A DNA stretch of 61,374 bases, the filler included. It is 6 parts of 6 records of this genome, joined end to end, with 100 filler letters (N's around TTAATTAATTAA, not from the genome) between each part and the next. Parts side by side here need not be neighbours in the genome. Positions count along the whole stretch, not along the records: positions 41,445 to 49,972 come from SRR31156797_22575; positions 50,073 to 56,241 come from SRR31156797_22579; positions 56,342 to 61,374 come from SRR31156797_22598; 3 more parts are not named here. One strand, given 5' to 3'. Shown one piece after another: positions 49,301 through 57,870 of the stretch; the stretch's first letter is position 1; each line of letters starts with the position of its first letter. The position numbers were made by a program, and so were the translations under genes. The notes under the pieces were generated by a model. That model was given only the letters and a program-made list of their open reading frames with translations, ran no database searches and had not been told where the DNA came from.

Positions 49301-49972
49301 AAAGGAGCCGAGATGACGATACCAGAATCCCATGTTCAGGAACCGGTCAGCCAGGTTCCCCCCAGGCAAACGGAGCAGATCCCTCCCCAGGAAACAAAGC
49401 CGATGCCCCCCGCAAAAGCGGTGCAGGTGCAACCCGGCGCCGTTGAGCTGATCCAAAGGGGACTCCAATCCATGGAAGCCCTCCAGGCCCAGACGGCCAG
49501 GACCCATGAAAAGTTCCTCGAAACCCAGGCCCTTGCGAGCAAAACCCTCCAGGGCATGATGGAGCAGACCCGGATCTTTGCCCAGAACGTGGTGAACAAC
49601 AATGGGGCCCCGGTCTACAGCACGCCTGTGACCACCAGCGCTATTCCTGAACCCGCTGCTCCGCCGGCTCCCTCCAGGCCTGAACCTCCGGCAGCAGCGC
49701 CCCCCCCTGCCCCAGCCCCCCAGGCAGCAGCCCCGGCATCCAGGCCCGAGCCGGTCGCTCCCCCGGTTGTTCAGCAAACGCCCGCCGCCCAGCCGAAGGC
49801 TCCGGCCAAGCCCCTGAACGGCACCGATCCAAAGGAGAGCCGAACCCAAAGCCTGCTCATGGATACGGTGAGCCGACTCACGGGATTTCCCCAGGAGATG
49901 CTTGATCTCGACATGGAGATCGAGTCCGACCTTGGCATCGACTCCATCAAACGGGTGGAGATCGTGAGCGAA
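46355..49972 (+). CDS. pfaA: PfaA-like iterative PKS/FAS (KS-MAT-ACP...), 3' truncated
   Basis: KS DAACASS, EAHGTGT, KSMIGH; AT FPGQGSQY, GHSFG, AAFHS; Pro/Ala linker; ACP LGIDSIKRVEI. Probable TTG start at 46355 after GGGGGA. Confidence 0.92.
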
Positions 49973-50072
49973 NNNNNNNNNNNNNNNNNNNNNNNNNNNN
50001 NNNNNNNNNNNNNNNNTTAATTAATTAANNNNNNNNNNNNNNNNNNNNNNNNNNNNNNNNNNNNNNNNNNNN
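49973..50072. other. Artificial contig spacer
   Basis: N44-TTAATTAATTAA-N44. Confidence 0.98.
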
Positions 50073-50073
50073 C

Positions 50074-50997
50074 ATTAAAAGGACATGGACCGAAATTGTT
50101 AAAGCCTCTGAGGATGTTTTCGGAGAAGATGTATTCAATTACTTTGAAACGATGAAGACAATCCTCGGTGTTGATGTCGTTACCGCTTTGGAGGAAGCAT
50201 CCTCTGGACTTTCGGCAACGGCCGAAGAAATCAGGGTGCGGAATAATACTCCTGTTGGTGCGGGGCTGATTCGGCCGCCTTCAAATATTACGTCTTTCCA
50301 CGGAGCGACCGGAGTCTATAATGGCCCCTCGGATTTTATGGTTTTTCTTAATACCCTTAAATCAAGTTTCGGGAGCCTCACCGACGCTGTTCTTCCAATG
50401 ATTCAGAGCTTGTCTTCGGTCAATGCTTTGATGAATTGGCAGATGACAATCCTTGAAGGGGTTCTGTCTGTACTGGGACCGGTGATCGATTCTCTCCTTA
50501 CCCCATTAGTCGGAATTCTGCGAGTAATGGGACAGACGATTGGGGCAATCATTGTCCCTGCTCTGCAGTTCTTGCATCCAATAATTGAGACGATTTCGAA
50601 TGTTTTTATTTGGCTATATAACAATGCGATCCGACCTTTTGCCAATGCCTTGATCTCTCTCGGAGGTTCTCTTTATAACGGATTTATTGAGCTTATAAAT
50701 GCAATAATCAGTGCCATAAATAAAATTCCCGGAGTAGATGTTAAGAAACAATCCAAAATGGATATTAGCAGTAATTGGCTTGAAGAGATCGACTCATCCA
50801 GTCTGTATGACTCCGGTGAGGCCGGAATGACCTCCAGTAGTAGCGGGACCAGTGCTACCTACACCGGCGGACAGAATATCACCAACAACTGGTATATAAA
50901 TATCGGTGCCATGACCGGAGATCAGGAAACTTTCGAGGAATTCGTCCGGCTCATTACATTGGAGCAGACTCGGGCGGAGCGTGTTGGTCTGGCTTAA
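50074..50997 (+). CDS. Phage tape-measure protein C-terminus (5' truncated)
   Basis: Amphipathic repeats, INAIISAINKIPGV and a terminal NITNNWYINI segment typical of TMP ends; upstream of a tail gene. Confidence 0.7.
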   Translation: MKRTWTEIVKASEDVFGEDVFNYFETMKTILGVDVVTALEEASSGLSATAEEIRVRNNTPVGAGLIRPPSNITSFHGATGVYNGPSDFMVFLNTLKSSFGSLTDAVLPMIQSLSSVNALMNWQMTILEGVLSVLGPVIDSLLTPLVGILRVMGQTIGAIIVPALQFLHPIIETISNVFIWLYNNAIRPFANALISLGGSLYNGFIELINAIISAINKIPGVDVKKQSKMDISSNWLEEIDSSSLYDSGEAGMTSSSSGTSATYTGGQNITNNWYINIGAMTGDQETFEEFVRLITLEQTRAERVGLA

Positions 50998-51026
50998 AAT
51001 GATGTCCCCATCGGCACTATGGGGAC

Positions 51027-54000
51027 ATGAGCTTTACAGTCGAGATCGATTTTTTAGATGGAGCCGGTTATACCGATGTCACCAGCAAGGTAACCGCCCG
51101 GAAGTTTAAGAAAAAAGAAGTCCTACACAACAATCTCAAGCCGGTAGTCAATACCTGTACTTTCGAAATCATGAATCCCCAGGCGGAGACCTCCAAACTC
51201 ATTGAATACAGTGGGAAAAAGCCGATCCGCATTGAGGCTGACGGGAGCCCTTTTTTCACTGGGTATATCCGAGATACTTATAAAACGGGGGTTATTGGAT
51301 CCCCGAAAATGAAACCGCTCAAGGTCCAGATTGTTGATCCTTCATTCCGGCTGGATCAGAAGGTGAAATCCTCCTTTATTCTCCAGGGGAAACAACTCTC
51401 TGACACTTCTACTCCGGGGGAATCGATCCTTCATTTACTCCTGACCGACGCAGGATTCGTCTCGGGAGAGAGCAATATCTCAAGCATTGCGAAGACTATC
51501 CCCTACCTGGTTATTGAGGCAGGCGAGAAAACCTATAAGGAAGTAATCAGCAAGCTACTATTCGATTGCGGGTACACTTACAATTTCAATGCCGCCGGAC
51601 AGTTTGAACTTGTCGACCTGTTTCCGACGGATATCACTTCGACATCCTATATTTTTGCGAACAATGGAACAGTCAATAATATCGGCGGAGAACTCGAACT
51701 TGAGAAAGTCGAGGAGAAGTACGAAGCGATTTCCGTACAGTGGCAGAAGCTTCGAACTGAAGAGAATGCTGTAGTCTTCTCCGATACCACCGGTGGAAAT
51801 GATTTCTATAAATGTTTTATCCCTGTAGCCGGCGGAGACTATTACCCCGAAGGGGCAGGGGACAGAACCGTCTATTGTGATTATTCGCTGAATGATCAAG
51901 ATCTTGTTCTCGTTACCAATGTGACAAAGGACTTTACTCTTGGTATTGGCCAGACCGTCGAGGAATTTACCGCATATGGGAAGCGGGCCTCCCTTCGGAT
52001 CAAAAACACCTCCGGGGCTCCTTCGAATATCACGAAACTGCAGCTTAAAGGTGACGCCGTCGTCGTAGCCGAAAATAATACCTCGGAACGGTGGAATGTT
52101 GCCAATACTGAAAAGATCCTGGACTATGAAGCGGAATTTGTAAACGAGCAGACTTCCGCCGACTTCCTGGTCAACGGGTTGGCCTCTTATTATAAGTATG
52201 CTGATGTCAAACTCAAGTTGAAAAGTAAATCCAACTATGAGATCGGTGATGCCGTCGCGCTCGATGAGAACATCTCCGACCTTGCTACCTATGCCCGAAT
52301 CATTGAAAAGGTTGACGACCTCTCCGGGACTTATTCCTACGTTCTGGAAGGTGCCTCCGACTTTGAGACTGATGTCGTCGTCAATGAGGCTGTCCTCTCC
52401 TCTCAGCCCCCGATCAATTACGCAGCCAGTAGGGAGGCTGTGATTCAGGCCATTGATACAGGATACGATTCTCCCCTCGATGGCGGGGGTACGACTACTC
52501 CCGAGGCTGTAACTCTGGCTGCCACTGGCGGAATCCGATCCTCTGCACTTAGTTGTACTTATCAATCAAGTTTAAGATGGTTGGATCATTACGAGTTTCA
52601 GGTAGCCCCCGTGCCGGATTCGGCCACCTGGTACGCCCTGGGGAGCGGTGCGGATTGGAGAGGAGCCGTCGGAGAAACGACAGACACCGCCGCCCCGGCT
52701 TTTAATCATTCCGATATACCCCCGGACCTTTCGGACCCTACAAACCCTCTTGAGGTTGAATTATCCTATCGGGTCCGCCAGGTTACGAAGGCCGGAACCG
52801 TTGGCCCCTGGTCGAATGTCGTAACCGTAACGGTTAAATTGATCGGCCTCGATGACGTTTTAAACGGTTCGATCACCGCTCCGAAGCTTGCCGCCTTATC
52901 GGTAGACACTTCAAATTTAACCGCCGGGGCCTTGAGTAGCCGGGCGACGGTTGCGGGCGATTTAAAAGCAACGGAGATAGATCTTGATACCGGGATCCAA
53001 AAATGGAGAAGGGCGGACGGGGTAACGATCTTTGATTTTGACCCGAACCGGACTGGCGACGAAATCCGATATACTGGAAAAGTGACCGCGGACTCCGGCC
53101 GGATTGGAGCCTTCACCCTGGGAACAAATAAAGCCTATGCGGGCGCCGGGGTTTTTGGCGGAGCGACTACACCGTTTTACGCTGACACGGGGGGAGATTT
53201 TTCCCTCGGAGACAAACTTAAATTCGACTACTCCGCGGAGCTTTTAGAAATCACGGGAAAGTTAACCGCGGACTCCGGCCGGATTGGAGCCTTTACCCTG
53301 GGGATCGGTAAAGTCTATATGGGCGCGGGGACCTGGGCGACGGCCTTAACTCCATTTTACGCCGACGACCAGGGGAATTTTTCCCTGGGGAATAAGCTTT
53401 ATTTTGATTATGAAAACGAGGTTTTAAACGTTGACGGAATAATCAACACTTCCGGCGGCGCGATCGCCAGTTGGCAGATCGAACAGGGCCTTTTACAATC
53501 CGCCGACTCCGGCGCGCGGGTTGTTTTAAATGCGACTTTAAACCGGGTTTCAATTTTCGATACCGCAGGGGAAAAAGTAGTCATGGGATTTTTAAAGGAT
53601 CTTTTAATCCCGGACACCTCCCCCGCCGAGTATTACACCTCCGCCGATTATGGTTTTTGGATTGCCCAGGGGAACCGCCTTGTAATTGCCGGAGCCATGG
53701 CGATCAAATCTTCCGACCTGGTTAACCATGACGGGAATATAGCGATTTATTCCGGGGAGTCAACGGAGCTGTTAAGGATGGGGTCCGATAACGGCGCGAT
53801 CGGATATCATTTTTATTATTCCGCTTCCGGGGCTTTGTCGTTAACGGCGGGGGCCTCCTCTGAATTAAATGTTAAAACCGCACACGGTTATATTGATATC
53901 GGTCCGAAAAATGGAACATGGTGCCATATTTACACGGATAGAGGAGCATTTTATTTTAATAAAGAATTGTACGTCCTTGGGTCGAAAGTTTGGAACGCTG

Positions 54001-55784
54001 GAAACTTAATAAATACAGACGGGGATCGGACTAACGAATTAGATTTTAATACTTGTTTAATGACCGGTTTTTACAATGTCGGATCCGGCGGGGTTAATGG
54101 TACAGGGGCGGATTATACTCAAATAATAGCCGTTAGGGGACGTGATACAGGATTACAAATAAGTGGCGGATATAATTCAAATGAGTTAAAATTTAGAGGT
54201 TGGGCACAATACGGCGCGATCTGGTATCCCTGGCGGAGGATTTGGCACGATGGAAACCACGGCGCCGGGTCCGGCCTCGATGCCGATTTATTAGACGGGA
54301 ATCACGCTTCATATTTTGCAATATATAATCATTTTCGTTCCCTTGGGGCCCCTACGCTTAACGATGGGACGACGACAGCCGCGATCATAGCTGAAATCGA
54401 AAATAAGGGCGGCTTTGATTCTTATCTGTCCGGTTTTAAAACATCCTGGAGTTATGCCAATAATTCCAATTTGGCCGACGCTGGGAGGCTTACTGAATTA
54501 GCCGGGACGGCCTGGCTAACATGGACAGATAACGCCGATGATACTACCAGGGGCCATATTACGGCCTTGGTTATTGCACCTAACACCGGCGGATCCGCTA
54601 AAGGCGTTTACATTTATAATGATCAAGGATCTTCCTATTCCCCTGGCTGGCGAGAAATTTGGACCAGCGCTACGGACGGCGCGGGGTCGGGCATGGACTC
54701 AGATAAACTCGACGGTTACCACGCGGCCTCTTTTGCTATGCTTACAGGGGCAATATTTACCGGCAATATTACAATAAGTAAAACAAATGGGCGGGTAACC
54801 TTTGACGAAACCGCGTACGCGACGGGCAATAGTGGTTTAGCTTTTCAAACCGGCGCCGGGCAAAATTGCGAATTAGTACACGAAATAACAGACGGAGAAC
54901 TTCCTTGGGCCGGGCAAGGTTTACGACTTAATAATACAACGTCAGGCGGCGGTTCCCCCGCGCACTTAGTAATTGACGGAAACATAAAGGCTGGCGGCGG
55001 AAATATGCTTTGCGGTTCAAATGCTGTTTGGCACGCCGGAAACGTCGGCGCCGGGTCCGGCCTCGATGCCGATAAACTCGACGGCGATCACGCCTCGGCA
55101 TTTATGCGGGCGGTTTCCGACGGATCATACTACGGCCTAAAAGACCCAGGCGGATCGGCGGCCAACTGGATCCGCACGACTTCAAACGGAATCTTGCCTT
55201 ATTCCTCCGGCGGCGCCTCCGCCCTGGGTACTTCTACTTGGTGGTTTAATAGCGCACATATAAAAACGATTAGAAGTACCTCGATTGAACTTACGTCAGA
55301 CACATATCAAAATACATATTGGGGCCGAATAGTTGGGGATTCTACCAGTATAAAATTCGAAAGGGGTGGAATTAACCGATTACAACTTATGAGCTACGGA
55401 ATAAAAGTGACCGGGCATATTTATATTGATAGTAAAAAAATCGCATCTTCCGATGGGAATACCTTATACGAAAATGGAGTAGCACTATCGAGTAAATACG
55501 CGACCCCCGCCGATCTCAGTGGTTACGCGCAATTCTCCACTACTTCAATTGAATATACAACAGAGTACCCTATAGGGGCGTATGTTTATGTTTATTGTTC
55601 TACCTCAGCCCCGAAAATAAATAACAGTGTAAGTATATACGCTTATAGTTATGGAGGTAACGGGAATAAATATTTTATGAATTCCGACGGAGGGGCGTAT
55701 TGGTACCCATTATCCGGGACTTGGCGGGCTTGCGGTTGTTATGATTCAAGCGGGGATGCTTTTCTTGCGCGGAGGGTTGCATAA
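51027..55784 (+). CDS. Large phage tail/host-specificity protein (hub + FN3-like + fibre modules)
   Basis: YRVRQVTKAGTVGPWS FN3-like strand, GSITAPKLAA repeat, internal duplication, three W-H-x-G-N-x-GAGSGLDADxLDG-type fibre motifs, C-terminal YPIG...LSGTWR...RRVA. Confidence 0.85.
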   Translation: MSFTVEIDFLDGAGYTDVTSKVTARKFKKKEVLHNNLKPVVNTCTFEIMNPQAETSKLIEYSGKKPIRIEADGSPFFTGYIRDTYKTGVIGSPKMKPLKVQIVDPSFRLDQKVKSSFILQGKQLSDTSTPGESILHLLLTDAGFVSGESNISSIAKTIPYLVIEAGEKTYKEVISKLLFDCGYTYNFNAAGQFELVDLFPTDITSTSYIFANNGTVNNIGGELELEKVEEKYEAISVQWQKLRTEENAVVFSDTTGGNDFYKCFIPVAGGDYYPEGAGDRTVYCDYSLNDQDLVLVTNVTKDFTLGIGQTVEEFTAYGKRASLRIKNTSGAPSNITKLQLKGDAVVVAENNTSERWNVANTEKILDYEAEFVNEQTSADFLVNGLASYYKYADVKLKLKSKSNYEIGDAVALDENISDLATYARIIEKVDDLSGTYSYVLEGASDFETDVVVNEAVLSSQPPINYAASREAVIQAIDTGYDSPLDGGGTTTPEAVTLAATGGIRSSALSCTYQSSLRWLDHYEFQVAPVPDSATWYALGSGADWRGAVGETTDTAAPAFNHSDIPPDLSDPTNPLEVELSYRVRQVTKAGTVGPWSNVVTVTVKLIGLDDVLNGSITAPKLAALSVDTSNLTAGALSSRATVAGDLKATEIDLDTGIQKWRRADGVTIFDFDPNRTGDEIRYTGKVTADSGRIGAFTLGTNKAYAGAGVFGGATTPFYADTGGDFSLGDKLKFDYSAELLEITGKLTADSGRIGAFTLGIGKVYMGAGTWATALTPFYADDQGNFSLGNKLYFDYENEVLNVDGIINTSGGAIASWQIEQGLLQSADSGARVVLNATLNRVSIFDTAGEKVVMGFLKDLLIPDTSPAEYYTSADYGFWIAQGNRLVIAGAMAIKSSDLVNHDGNIAIYSGESTELLRMGSDNGAIGYHFYYSASGALSLTAGASSELNVKTAHGYIDIGPKNGTWCHIYTDRGAFYFNKELYVLGSKVWNAGNLINTDGDRTNELDFNTCLMTGFYNVGSGGVNGTGADYTQIIAVRGRDTGLQISGGYNSNELKFRGWAQYGAIWYPWRRIWHDGNHGAGSGLDADLLDGNHASYFAIYNHFRSLGAPTLNDGTTTAAIIAEIENKGGFDSYLSGFKTSWSYANNSNLADAGRLTELAGTAWLTWTDNADDTTRGHITALVIAPNTGGSAKGVYIYNDQGSSYSPGWREIWTSATDGAGSGMDSDKLDGYHAASFAMLTGAIFTGNITISKTNGRVTFDETAYATGNSGLAFQTGAGQNCELVHEITDGELPWAGQGLRLNNTTSGGGSPAHLVIDGNIKAGGGNMLCGSNAVWHAGNVGAGSGLDADKLDGDHASAFMRAVSDGSYYGLKDPGGSAANWIRTTSNGILPYSSGGASALGTSTWWFNSAHIKTIRSTSIELTSDTYQNTYWGRIVGDSTSIKFERGGINRLQLMSYGIKVTGHIYIDSKKIASSDGNTLYENGVALSSKYATPADLSGYAQFSTTSIEYTTEYPIGAYVYVYCSTSAPKINNSVSIYAYSYGGNGNKYFMNSDGGAYWYPLSGTWRACGCYDSSGDAFLARRVA
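53074..53410 (+). repeat. Intragenic tandem duplication (~177-bp unit x2)
   Basis: GK(V/L)TADSGRIGAFTLG...TPFYAD..G.FSLG.KL.FDY occurs twice; ACCGCGGACTCCGGCCGGATTGGAGCCTT is identical in both copies. Confidence 0.9.
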
Positions 55785-56179
55785 TGTTTAAAGAAATAAA
55801 AAATCCAAGATTTTTAAAGGGCGGAAAAATACAAGTTGATGTTTTATTAACAGGGGATGAAAGCGGGGAATTCCTCCCGTTTATTGCAGATAAAAACGAT
55901 ATAGAGGAACACGGCCGAAAGCTTTTTGAAGAACTTTTAAACGGGGAGTATGGCGAGGTAGAAGAGTATGCCCCGCCGACCGAAGCCGAAGAACTTGAAA
56001 AACAGATTTTATTTTGCCTTCAATTGAGAAAAGATTCGTATAAAGCTGAATCGGATCCCCTCTATCTAGAGTGGCAATTTTCAAAAGAGGCCGGGACCGC
56101 CGAGGAAGCCGAAGCGGCCCGGATTGCCTGGATCGAAAAAGTCAAGGAAATAAAAGAGCGATTCCCGAAGCCTGAATAA
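55784..56179 (+). CDS. Tail fibre assembly chaperone-like protein
   Basis: PFIADKNDIEEHGRKLF..GEYGEVEEY and YKAESDPLY..W...V.EIKERFP segments; TAATG-coupled to the fibre gene. Confidence 0.75.
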   Translation: MFKEIKNPRFLKGGKIQVDVLLTGDESGEFLPFIADKNDIEEHGRKLFEELLNGEYGEVEEYAPPTEAEELEKQILFCLQLRKDSYKAESDPLYLEWQFSKEAGTAEEAEAARIAWIEKVKEIKERFPKPE

Positions 56180-56241
56180 TAGCCTTTTAAAAAATAGCCA
56201 CTCCCCCGGCACTATTGGATTATCCGTTTCAACTTTAAACG

Positions 56242-56341
56242 NNNNNNNNNNNNNNNNNNNNNNNNNNNNNNNNNNNNNNNNNNNNTTAATTAATTAANNN
56301 NNNNNNNNNNNNNNNNNNNNNNNNNNNNNNNNNNNNNNNNN
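56242..56341. other. Artificial contig spacer
   Basis: N44-TTAATTAATTAA-N44. Confidence 0.98.
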
Positions 56342-56491
56342 ACCAGCACATCCATTCCTGTCGCAGGGCTCGAGCTCGGGGGCTCAGGTGTGATCCGGGA
56401 TCTGTTGAATCAGAACCTGGAATTCGAGGAGAAGAGCGATATTCCCTTGCAGCCTTACCAGGTCCGGTTTCTTGTCCGGAAACCAGTCTAA
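56342..56491 (+). CDS. C-terminal fragment of a gene, possibly the beta-sandwich tail of a carbohydrate-active enzyme
   Basis: ...IRDLLNQNLEFEEKSDIPLQPYQVRFLVRKPV*; the DLL...LxPYQV ending is common in GH13-type C-terminal domains. Followed by the hairpin AGGGTTTT-CGGC-AGAACCCT. Confidence 0.45.
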   Translation, partial: TSTSIPVAGLELGGSGVIRDLLNQNLEFEEKSDIPLQPYQVRFLVRKPV

Positions 56492-56513
56492 GGGTTTTCG
56501 GCAGAACCCTCGG

Positions 56514-57749
56514 CTATCGTTTGTCCACAACCAGTTTTCCTGATTTGATGACAGCAGCAACACAGTCACGCCCGGTGTTGTATGGCCATTCGATGTAATT
56601 TTTCACATCCAGAATAATCAGGTCTGCCTGCATACCCGGAGCAATCGCACCTAACCGGTCTGCGCGGTCCATTGCAGCAGCGGCATTTGCGGTCGACGCC
56701 ACAAGACACTCCGCAGGCGTCATTTTCATCTGCGTGCAGGCGATGGACATCGTCAACGCCATGGAATCGATCATGCATGAGCCGGGATTGTAATCGGTCG
56801 CAAGAGCAACCGGAATTCCTGCGTCCATGATTTTCCGTGCAGGTGCCTGCTCGACGCCCAGGAAGAAGGAACACGCCGGCAGAAGCACTCCTATCGTTCC
56901 GGCAGCCTTCATCTGTTTGAGACCTTCCTCATCTATCGTTTCGAGATGATCAGCCGAGACGGCTTTTACTTCTGCCGCGAGACGGGTTGCTCCGATCTGG
57001 TTGATCTGATCTGCATGGAGCCGCGGTTTCATGCCGTACTCAGCAGCTGTCGTTAAAACACGACGGGACTGGTCGATATCAAATGCGCCCGCTTCGGTGA
57101 AGACATCGCAGAATTCGGCCAGCTGTTCATCGCGAATCACCTCCAGCACCTCGGAGGCGAGAATCATATCGAGATACTCTTCCGGGCGTCCCTTGAATTC
57201 ACGAGGAAGCGTGTGAGCAGCGAGGTATGTGGCGACAATTTCCTGTGGGACCAGGTTTCTCAGCCTTCGGATTGCGCAAAGCATTTTCAGTTCATCATCA
57301 ACCGTCAGGCCATAACCGCTCTTCATTTCGACTGTTGTAACCCCCGATTCCAGCATTCGACGCAGGCGAGGGATTGCCAGTTCGACAAGATCATGCTCTG
57401 TTGCAGTACGAACGGCATCCACCGTGTTATTGATACCGCCGCCCGAAGCGGCGATTTCGGAATAGGACTTTCCCTCAATCCGCTGGACGAACTCATTGGC
57501 CCGACACCCGGCGTAGACCGTGTGCGTGTGACAATCAATCAAACCCGGCACAACCGCCCTGCCGCCAGCATCGATGATGGCTTCTCCAGGTTCGGCAGCA
57601 AGATCAATATCCTTGCCAATCCATTCGATCCGATCCCCCTTAAGACGTACAGCTGCATCTTCAATTATGCTGAGCTGGTTCAGCTCTGCTCCTGCTACCG
57701 GTCCCTGAGGAACCAGCACCAGTTGCCCGATATGTCGAATAACAGTCAT
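56514..57749 (-). CDS. hutI: Imidazolonepropionase
   Basis: PGLIDCHTH, GGGINNTV, EMKSGYGL, FCDVFTE, LHADQ, SADHLE, ALATDYNPGS. Likely start ATG 57749 with a GAGGA RBS. Confidence 0.96.
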   Translation of the reverse strand: MTVIRHIGQLVLVPQGPVAGAELNQLSIIEDAAVRLKGDRIEWIGKDIDLAAEPGEAIIDAGGRAVVPGLIDCHTHTVYAGCRANEFVQRIEGKSYSEIAASGGGINNTVDAVRTATEHDLVELAIPRLRRMLESGVTTVEMKSGYGLTVDDELKMLCAIRRLRNLVPQEIVATYLAAHTLPREFKGRPEEYLDMILASEVLEVIRDEQLAEFCDVFTEAGAFDIDQSRRVLTTAAEYGMKPRLHADQINQIGATRLAAEVKAVSADHLETIDEEGLKQMKAAGTIGVLLPACSFFLGVEQAPARKIMDAGIPVALATDYNPGSCMIDSMALTMSIACTQMKMTPAECLVASTANAAAAMDRADRLGAIAPGMQADLIILDVKNYIEWPYNTGRDCVAAVIKSGKLVVDKR

Positions 57750-57870
57750 TGAATTATCCTCATGATTCGAAGCTTCGAGGAGTACATGGGAAAGGATAGC
57801 AAGCGAGGTGTCAAGATCCATCTATCCGGATCCTGACACCTCGCCGTATCATTATCTTATATTGGCTTTT

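Noticed and set aside
41389-49849. Many long overlapping antisense or alternate-frame ORFs in the GC-rich contig (and similar ones in 56342-61374)
   Set aside because: Shadow ORFs expected from high GC3 codon bias opposite well-supported genes; some also run into N spacers.
12382-56341. Recurring TTAATTAATTAA flanked by N-runs, and apparent gene neighbourhoods across them
   Set aside because: Five identical 100-nt artificial linkers; genes on different sides come from different contigs or organisms, so no cross-spacer system should be inferred.
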